Assembly (NCBI GenBank): GCA_004524535.1
Contig: SDNY01000047.1
Location: 1 to 26,261 of the forward strand
Length of the DNA stretch: 26,261 nucleotides
Direction of reading: 5' to 3'
Origin: Promethearchaeota archaeon
GTDB taxonomy: Archaea > Asgardarchaeota > Lokiarchaeia > Sigyniarchaeales > SOKP01
Shown: in pieces, positions 7,367 to 15,070 of the stretch
Layout of the letters: each line of letters opens with the position of its first letter
Position numbering within the stretch: the stretch's first letter is position 1
Notes under the pieces: model-generated
Databases searched by the model: none
The model's input: the letters and a program-made list of their open reading frames with translations, nothing else
Told to the model about the DNA's origin: nothing
Translations under genes and position numbers: made by a program

Positions 7367-9649
7367 TTAAGTTCTCTTGTAGATGAATCTCTCCCAAGAT
7401 TTTGTGTTAGGCATTGATTCTGGCATTCCTTTGCGTTTTCTTATTTCTAAAATAACATCTTCTTCTAATGAACCAGGAACTTTTTCAAAACCAAGAAATT
7501 CATAACCAAAGAAAGCACGACCTTGAGTGCTACTTCGAATCTCGTCTGCAATTCCAATTATTTCTGCTGCGGGAATTTGTCCTTGAACTCTTACATATTC
7601 TCCTTCAGGAATAACATTATGAATACGGCCTCGATGTTTGTTTATTATTGAACTGACACCTCCTTCGGTTCCTTGAGGGGTTTTTATATCAATCCTCTGA
7701 ATGGGTTCGTAAAGATGAGGGTCAGCTTCTAACATTGCCAATGATAGAGCGGAATATGCCATGCTGGCAGTTTGTGCAAATTGAGTGTGTCTAGGGTCCT
7801 CATGGATAACCATGTCTGTAAAAGTCGCTCTAATTCCCATTGCAGGTTCCTTAGCTATAATACACTCTTCAAGCCAATTTCTAAAAGAGCTCACTAAGTC
7901 ATTTTTAACACGATCAAATCGCTGTAATCCAGATGTTCCATTAACAAGGAGATTTCCTTTATAAACATCAACAATACGTCTTGCTTCTTTCGCATCCCAT
8001 CCTGCTTCTTCTCTTAGGATTTGAGCCCGCTCTTTTTCATTTTGTAAATCGGTAATTTTACCCAAATCTATTAATTCCTCGGTTTTTTTATCTAATGGCT
8101 CAACATATAATAATAAACGATTATGCGAATTGGATGATTTAGTGTGATATTCTTTGCTTTTCTTATTAATCTTTTCTCTATACACTATGATGGGTTCTCC
8201 TATTTCAATTTTAACTTGATTATTTATCCTTTTTGTCAAGATTTCAATTTGCAATGGGTCAATTCCGCTCAGAATATACTCCATTGACTCTTTATTGAGT
8301 CGGAATTCAGCCGTAGGATCTGCTTGCAGCCATTTCCCCACTACTTCTCCTAATTTTGCAAGATCGTGAGGATCTTTGGGTTTAATACTTCTTGATACAA
8401 CTGCTCTACAGGCGTAATTTATTTTTTCAAAGGATGGAATTTTTTCTGCTTCGTCTTTGTCCTTAGGAACTTTATCAGCAGCTAAAAAAGTCTCTCCTGA
8501 AGGGCAAATAAAACCATATAATGCAAAAAGATTTCCTGCGGGAATACTCGAAATATCTAGTATGTCTGTAATCTCCATAACACCTAATCTTTTTACTCGA
8601 TTGCTAGTTTTGCTATTAACCAGATATATTGAGTCAGTTTGGTCAAAAGTACCTGAGAATACTCGACCGATCAAAGTTGCTTGATAATTTTTCTTAGGAT
8701 CAAGGAATATTTTAGTAATCATACCGTAGAGAGGGCCTTTCGGATCACTCTTTTGTAAGGCTTGACCAAGTTCAGAATTAAGATCGCCCCCCCAAATATG
8801 AGGTATTCTATATTTTGCGGCATCAATCGGATTGGGTAAATGATCAACAACCATTCGTAGTATTGGCTCATCAAGAGGTAAATTTTCTCTTAACCACATG
8901 ATATCTCCTTCGTTATATTTCGCAAAAACATCTTGAGGTTTTAATTTCTTCTCCAGCAAAATTTCATAAGTAAAACCCCATCCATGTTTTGCTGAACCGA
9001 CTGCTACACTGTTTTTAGCAAAATCAATTGACCAATCTGATCCTTCAGGTCTTACCTTCTTAATTAGTTCATTAACTTCTCGCGTAATTTTATCTATTTT
9101 TTCGAAAGTGTCTTTTGGACTTAATTTTAATTCGCTAATCAATCTGTCAACTTTATTAATGAACAAAACTGGTTTGCAGAACTCTTCGCCTACAGCAAGT
9201 CTGATGTTAGTTTCCGTCTGAGTCATTATTCCTTCTAACGCATCAACCAATATGATAGCTCCGTCGCTTCCTCGAAGGGCACGAGAAACCTCACCAGTGA
9301 AAGATATATGTCCAGGCGTATCATTCAGCTGAAATATATATGGTTCATCATCGTCAGGGTGTCTCGGATCTTGAAAAGCGAGCAATACAACACTTGTAAA
9401 AATTGTGATTCCGCGTTCCTGCTCTTCGTCTTTCAGTAGATTAAGGAAAACTTAAACTATATCTGAATCGGTCATTTGAAGTTGCCCCGCATCTTCAGGT
9501 CTCATAAGACCTGCGCGTCTTAAAAGATAATCTGTTGCGGTTGTTTTTCCATGATCGATATGAGCAGTGATGCTGAATATCCTTTTTTTCTCGTAGGAGC
9601 CCGAAGTAACCAATCTTGCAATTACTTCAGGATCCTTTACTTTTACCAT
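7367..9649 (-). CDS. fusA: Elongation factor 2-family GTPase (probably the divergent aEF-2 paralogue), two exons: join(complement 9461..9649, 7367..9430), 750 aa
   Basis: Exon 1 (63 codons) has the P-loop AHIDHGKTT. Exon 2 begins DEEQERGITIFTS, 15 codons upstream of the called TTG, and continues with DTPGH, NKVDR, GSAKHGW, EPIIVYRE, HEDPRH and IRSSTQGRA. The exons are in the same frame, separated by 30 nt containing TAA. Confidence 0.92.
9431..9460 (-). other. Putative 30-nt bulge-helix-bulge (archaeal tRNA-type) intron in the EF-2-family mRNA
   Basis: RNA: UCAG-AU|A-UAGUUUAAG-UUUUC-CUUAAUCUA-CUGA-AA|G. It has a 4-bp central helix UCAG/CUGA, two 3-nt bulges (AUA, AAG) and an internal 8-bp hairpin with one U-U mismatch. 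Canonical cuts after the 2nd bulge nucleotide excise exactly the stop-containing 30 nt. Confidence 0.85.
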
Positions 9650-9790
9650 TTATATACACGTTATATATAATCTTTTTTAATAATTACAATTTAAAAATAC
9701 AAGAAACCATAAAAATTTTGTGAAATAAGGCTATAAATCCTTAATTTTGGACAGTTTCATATTAAAAAAGATTAGGTTTTTTTTCTTTTA

Positions 9791-11248
9791 TTATAAATTA
9801 AATGGCAAAACCATCTCCTTTAAGACATATATCGCCCTTTTTCCAGTAATTGTTTTACAACCATACGAGTTTGAAATATTTACAATGTTTAAATTCTCAG
9901 GAATTTTATTTTTGATGAAGTCTTTTAAAAAATCTAAAAAAATGGTAAATTTTCTCTCCGTTTCAATACATAAATATCCTTTTTCTTCGAAAAATTTGGG
10001 ATTTTTGTCTTTAAATTGACGGGCATGAAATTTATCTTTCACTGGTGGACCTTTGCGTATATAAGTGGGAGAAATTATTGGTTTTTCACAAAATATCGCT
10101 ACATTATATTCATTAAGTTCTACTTCAAAATATACTTCAAAAACAATCTTTTCAAATCTTTTTGCATGAGAAAACTCCTTTTCTCCGTTTGCTTTAATGC
10201 TATCGCATAATGAATATAATTTATCTCTATTAATAGTATAATGGACATCATCATTAATATTTTTAAATTCTAAAACGTAAATTTTTGAAAGGAAAGGATC
10301 TTCAGAATTAGATAAGTCCACTTCAGGGATTGGTTTTATCCTAAAAAAGTTAATATTTGGATTTTTTAAGAAAGCTTTTACTCTTTCATTACAATATTTA
10401 TATGCTTTTTCTGATATTGCTGATGCTACGTTCCTATTTTTATCAATTGGATCCGTAATAATTAGATAATCGTTTTGAAAATGACTTATCTTCTCTAATT
10501 CCTTTTTACTTCTATTAAAATAGTCTAAAGGATTGTTCTTTAAGTCATTAAAGTTTTCAAAAAGTTGTTGAATAGTTCCGAAATGATATATTAATAATTC
10601 AGCGCTATATCCAATGAAACCAACCTTTCCAACTGCGCTCTTGTCACCATAGCTATGGCAAGATTTAAAAAATTGTTTTAAAAGCCTAACATCATTTTTT
10701 TGATTATTTGAGAGATTATCCCTTACAAAACATCCGTGCCATGGTGATCTATCAACTGCAGTTATAGGTCCATTTTCTCTTATAAATTCAAGGTCCAAAT
10801 CAAAATAAAGAACGATATTAAGCTCAATTTGGAAATCCTGAGTAATATAATCTACAGTCACATAAGGATGTTCAGCATATAATAGGCGGGCATTTTGAAA
10901 TTCTTTTAAATTTAAGGTTTTTAAGATCCACTCATTACACAATTTTAAAAAATCTTTTTTCGATGCTTTCTTTAATTTATTTTTACTTAATCCCCTATAG
11001 CTTGGTTCATATAATTCGTACTTTAATCCAATAAATAAATCAATATCAAAATCGTTTCTTAACTGAGTTTGTTTAATTCCAGTGGATCCTTGAGGTTCGA
11101 TTTTAGTATATTCAATATTTAATTCCTTCGCTTTCTTTTCTAATAAGGACTTTATATTCTTAGTAACTCTTTCAATGATAGCTAATTCTTGATCAGTTGG
11201 TATAATTTCCTTTAATCCTTTATTTAGGAGATCCTTTATTGAGTTCAT
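9791..11248 (-). CDS. cca: CCA-adding enzyme (archaeal class I tRNA nucleotidyltransferase)
   Basis: QGS..K.T.L..DFDIDLF, YAEHPYV, AVDRSPWH, VRLLKQFFK, GFIGYSAELLI, DPIDKNRNVASA and GPP motifs. Confidence 0.93.
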   Translation of the reverse strand: MNSIKDLLNKGLKEIIPTDQELAIIERVTKNIKSLLEKKAKELNIEYTKIEPQGSTGIKQTQLRNDFDIDLFIGLKYELYEPSYRGLSKNKLKKASKKDFLKLCNEWILKTLNLKEFQNARLLYAEHPYVTVDYITQDFQIELNIVLYFDLDLEFIRENGPITAVDRSPWHGCFVRDNLSNNQKNDVRLLKQFFKSCHSYGDKSAVGKVGFIGYSAELLIYHFGTIQQLFENFNDLKNNPLDYFNRSKKELEKISHFQNDYLIITDPIDKNRNVASAISEKAYKYCNERVKAFLKNPNINFFRIKPIPEVDLSNSEDPFLSKIYVLEFKNINDDVHYTINRDKLYSLCDSIKANGEKEFSHAKRFEKIVFEVYFEVELNEYNVAIFCEKPIISPTYIRKGPPVKDKFHARQFKDKNPKFFEEKGYLCIETERKFTIFLDFLKDFIKNKIPENLNIVNISNSYGCKTITGKRAIYVLKEMVLPFNL

Positions 11249-11331
11249 ACAATTTTAGTTTTAATTCAGTAATTAAAGTGAATAATTTAAATGTTTTATA
11301 AATTGAGTTTCAAATATTTTTAATAACCCAA

Positions 11332-13137
11332 TCACATTCCCCACCAGGGGTGTTCCTTTTCTCTCTTTAACTGAATATATTCTCTCAATGCTTCTTTTTG
11401 ATCGCTTGTTAATTCGTTAAGAAATTTTGCCATTAACTGTCTTACATGGGATTCTGGAAGGTTAACAAATAGCGTTTCATCTTTTCCAATATCGCGCCCG
11501 ATTTCAATACCTCGAATAGATATTGCCACTTCGCTATCTTTATCAGCCTTATCTAAAGATTGGCCTTTATCTTGTATTTGATGAACTCTTCCAATTAGTT
11601 TGCCCTTATCAGTTATTAAAGGAACTTTTGATTTTAAAGTGCCTGCTTCGACACTTACACCAAAAACCGCAGGATTTGAATTTCTGAAAATATACTCTGG
11701 GAACATTTTAATTTTAGCGGGCAAAATTAATTCTCCCAATTCTTTTGCGGTATCTTCAGCTCGTCTAGTCTCTGCATATTCTATATAATCCTCTAATAAG
11801 CGATATATAACATTATTAGTAAAAATTCTAATATTGTCGATGTAAGCTTGCTCCTTCGCTTCAGGCAAAATAGGCACATTAAAGCCTAAAACAACTGCCG
11901 AATAAGGATCAAACTCATTAACAATATTAGCGTTCATAATATCTTCTTTTTTAATTGGTCCTACATCTGCGATGGAAATACTTATGCCATTTTTAGTTAA
12001 ATGATTCTCTAAAGCTTCAAGAGATCCTAAAGTATCTGTTTTTAAAACAATACCAGCCTTATCTGTTTTTATTTTAATACTTTCAACTTCTGCTTCAATT
12101 TCACTAAATACGCTTTCTTCTTCTGAAGGGTCTGCAATTACTCTAAAAGGAGACCCAGCTACCACATCTTCAATATTCGGAGCGAGAACTTTAAGACCAG
12201 CAGCTGCACTTATTAAATCTATATTATCAAATTTTTGTCTTGGATCTCTAATCTCATCTAAAGGTTTTGGCACAAGTAATGCTCTAACTTTTGATTTAAT
12301 CGGTTTTTCTAACCCTCCAACGATAAAATTGTCGCCTTTTCTTATGATTCCATCATATATTAAAAGATCTATTGTTTTTCCATATCCTTTTTCTTTTTTA
12401 ACTTCTAATACAACGCCCTTTGCAGGACCTTCAGAAAATTTCAAATTCTGAGTTAGGTACTGTTGGACTAATCCCATTAGCACCATTAAAAGAGTAGAAA
12501 TTCCTTCTCCGGACTTAGCACTGGTGGGAATGATTGCAATTTTTTTTGTAAAGTCTTTTATTTTATCGTATCGATCAATTCCTTTAAAACCTTCTTCCAA
12601 AAAACTGCCTATGATTTGAAGAATCTTCTCGTCTAAAAAATCTCTCACGTGTGGTTTCTGTTTATTATAGGAATCCAAAAAGTCAGCGTCTTTTATAGAT
12701 TTCCAACCTGAAATTCTATCGATTTTATTAGCAGAGATTATAAATGGCGTTTTTTTCTCTCGAAGGATTTTTACGGCTTCCCAAGTTATCGATTGTGTTC
12801 CTGATGTTATATCAATTACTAGAATTGCAATATCTGCAACTGCTCCGCCTCTTTTCCTTAAATTCATAAAAGCAGCATGACCCGGTGTATCAACAACTAA
12901 TATTCCCGGAAGCTTAATATCTTTCTCTGCAAATTCTTTCTTTGATTTTGCTAAGAAATCTTTAATGTTTTCAGTTGGAAAATAAGACGCACCAATATGT
13001 TGTGTAATTCCTGCGGCTTCTCTTTTTTGAACTATAGTCCCACGGATATAATCCAAAAGGGATGTTTTTCCATGATCTATATGCCCCAGAATACACGCTA
13101 TTGGTGCTCTTATTATTTTCTTTTCTTGCTCAGTCAT
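11332..13137 (-). CDS. infB: Translation initiation factor aIF5B (IF-2)
   Basis: IRAPIACILGHIDHGKTSLLD, AGITQHIGAS, DTPGHAAF.NLRKRGG, NKIDR, DTLGSLEAL and FRNSNPAVFGV motifs; no intein seen. Confidence 0.97.
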   Translation of the reverse strand: MTEQEKKIIRAPIACILGHIDHGKTSLLDYIRGTIVQKREAAGITQHIGASYFPTENIKDFLAKSKKEFAEKDIKLPGILVVDTPGHAAFMNLRKRGGAVADIAILVIDITSGTQSITWEAVKILREKKTPFIISANKIDRISGWKSIKDADFLDSYNKQKPHVRDFLDEKILQIIGSFLEEGFKGIDRYDKIKDFTKKIAIIPTSAKSGEGISTLLMVLMGLVQQYLTQNLKFSEGPAKGVVLEVKKEKGYGKTIDLLIYDGIIRKGDNFIVGGLEKPIKSKVRALLVPKPLDEIRDPRQKFDNIDLISAAAGLKVLAPNIEDVVAGSPFRVIADPSEEESVFSEIEAEVESIKIKTDKAGIVLKTDTLGSLEALENHLTKNGISISIADVGPIKKEDIMNANIVNEFDPYSAVVLGFNVPILPEAKEQAYIDNIRIFTNNVIYRLLEDYIEYAETRRAEDTAKELGELILPAKIKMFPEYIFRNSNPAVFGVSVEAGTLKSKVPLITDKGKLIGRVHQIQDKGQSLDKADKDSEVAISIRGIEIGRDIGKDETLFVNLPESHVRQLMAKFLNELTSDQKEALREYIQLKREKEHPWWGM

Positions 13138-13370
13138 TTTTTGAAAGCTTGCTGGAAATAAATATCTATATGGAATAAAAAATGAATCTAAAGATTAGAA
13201 TTTTATTAAAGATTTAAAAGTTGAAATTTATATATAATGGTATTTTTTTAAAATCTAAGTTGAGTAAATAGATTTGGTTAAATAAGATATTTTTTTTATT
13301 GAATTGGAAAAAAAATCTCACTAAAATTAAAAAAAATTGATGAAAATTAAATTTAAATAATATATTTGAT

Positions 13371-14219
13371 ATGCCAAAAATTGAAATTAGATGCCCGGCT
13401 TGTTCTAAAAAAGGATATATGGAAGTAGATGGAGGTCTTTTAGATAAGAAAATGGAACGAGGGATTATGACAATAAATTTAGGAAAAAATCAAATATGCG
13501 AGCATACATTCGTAGCTTATATTGATAATAATCTTAAAGTGAGGGACTGCTTTTTAACGGATTTTCAAATCGAACTTCCAGAATTAGCTCCATCTGAATT
13601 GGATCAAGAAATGAAAATTCCCAGTTCTGAAGATCTTGATATAAATTTGATCAAAATGAACTTTTATCCCCTTACGCTAACTTTTATACTAAGAGGAGGT
13701 TTTTTTAACAAAAAAATGTTAGTTTTGAGTGAAAATCAATTTTTAAATAATTATCTCAAGAATTTCTTCGAATATATCTATCAAAATTCTTATAATTTAG
13801 ATCTTAGATTAATGTCAAGGGAAAAATATAATAAAAATAAGAAGGAATATGGAGACTTCTTAATTATTGACAACAAAAAGATTATAAGAGATAATGATAA
13901 AATCCTTGATGTTAAAAAGCTAAAAATAGAAAGAGTAATTATTCAAAGGTTTTATTCTGAATCTATACCAAATTCTGGCTTATTAATCCTGAAAAATGAA
14001 ATTTATAAAACTTATCTATTTTCAAAGACCATTGTAGATTTTATTAAAGAATTTAAAGGAGAAGAATTACTTTCAAAAAATATTCTTGATAATTTAGAAG
14101 AAGTTCATAATGTTGAAATACAAATACCCTATTTGGATTTCTTACTTGAAATTGTTAAAAATTATTTTAACGTTGAAGTTCCAAAAGCATCTAAAATTTC
14201 AGATTTTCTAAAATTTTAA
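13371..14219 (+). CDS. Hypothetical protein with a putative N-terminal zinc-binding module
   Basis: 282-aa ORF; CPAC near the N-terminus and CEH at about residue 43. Confidence 0.75.
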   Translation: MPKIEIRCPACSKKGYMEVDGGLLDKKMERGIMTINLGKNQICEHTFVAYIDNNLKVRDCFLTDFQIELPELAPSELDQEMKIPSSEDLDINLIKMNFYPLTLTFILRGGFFNKKMLVLSENQFLNNYLKNFFEYIYQNSYNLDLRLMSREKYNKNKKEYGDFLIIDNKKIIRDNDKILDVKKLKIERVIIQRFYSESIPNSGLLILKNEIYKTYLFSKTIVDFIKEFKGEELLSKNILDNLEEVHNVEIQIPYLDFLLEIVKNYFNVEVPKASKISDFLKF

Positions 14220-14302
14220 CATGAATTTTATATATAAGCGCTTTGATTTATATTATAAAAAAAACTATTTCATAAAACTATAAACGAAGTTGAAATCTGT
14301 CT

Positions 14303-15037
14303 ATGGAGTCAAATATATTACCACCTGAACAATTAATTAGTGGATTATTCAGCCTTTTTTTTGTGATAATCTCCCTAATTGTTGGAGTTATGTTAATCTT
14401 GAAATATATCAGATATAAACAAAGAAATTTTTTATTGGTTGGTTTGACGTGGATTGGAATGGTTTCAATATGGTATCCTAGCGCAATAAATGTGATAATT
14501 TTTTCCTTTTCAGGTAGCAGAATACCCGATTTATTATTTATGGCGATTGGAAATGGTTTAATCCCAATTACCACATTTATTTGGATGATTACTTTTACAG
14601 ATCTTTTATATAAAGAGAAACAAAAAATAATTCTATTAATATTTGGTATTATAAGCGCTTTAATTGAAATCTTTTTCTTCTATTTTCTGTTAACAGAACC
14701 ATCTGTTCTTGGAAAAGTAGTATCCCCTGTAGACGCTACATGGACTTTACCGATTACATTGTATCAAATAGCGGCAATAGTCATGGTATTAATAACAGGG
14801 ACATTAATTTGGAGAGAATCTTTAAAATCCTCTGATCCAGAAGTTATATTAAAAGGAAAATTACTTCTTGCAGCAGTTTTTTCTTTTGTCACTGGGTGCA
14901 TTTTAGAAATTTTTAGCGATGTATCAATTATTTTATTAATTATAGGTAGATTAATATTGATTTCTGCTGCAATAGAATTCTATTTAGGTTGGATATTACC
15001 TGATTGGATAAAAAATCGATTATTAAAAGAAAGTTAA
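14303..15037 (+). CDS. Multi-pass (about 7 TM) membrane protein of unknown function
   Basis: 244 aa with about seven hydrophobic segments separated by short charged loops. Confidence 0.8.
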   Translation: MESNILPPEQLISGLFSLFFVIISLIVGVMLILKYIRYKQRNFLLVGLTWIGMVSIWYPSAINVIIFSFSGSRIPDLLFMAIGNGLIPITTFIWMITFTDLLYKEKQKIILLIFGIISALIEIFFFYFLLTEPSVLGKVVSPVDATWTLPITLYQIAAIVMVLITGTLIWRESLKSSDPEVILKGKLLLAAVFSFVTGCILEIFSDVSIILLIIGRLILISAAIEFYLGWILPDWIKNRLLKES

Positions 15038-15070
15038 TTTTAAATTAACTAATTTTTTTTTCTAAATCTT

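Noticed and set aside
7367-9385. EF-2 starting at TTG 9385 as a stand-alone 672-aa protein, with a separate 65-aa ORF at 9452-9649
   Set aside because: It would lack the P-loop and RGITI motifs. The frame is open upstream to the insert and matches EF-2, so the two ORFs are parts of one gene.
9430-9460. The EF-2 insert resembles a CRISPR repeat (about 30 nt, internal palindrome, ends ...TGAAAG)
   Set aside because: I saw only one copy, with no spacers or cas genes. The CUGA-AAG end is fully explained as the BHB helix plus bulge.
9431-9460. Stop-codon readthrough, selenocysteine, frameshift or intein as the explanation of the EF-2 split
   Set aside because: The stop is TAA, not TGA or TAG. 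Both halves are in the same frame. Readthrough would leave 10 extra residues next to switch I. The insert is far too short for an intein, and there is no target-site duplication suggesting a transposon footprint.
9650-9700. TTATATATAA palindrome/TATA-like box upstream of the EF-2 start
   Set aside because: It is somewhat too close to the ATG, and the intergenic DNA is so AT-rich that TATA-like words are uninformative without TSS data.
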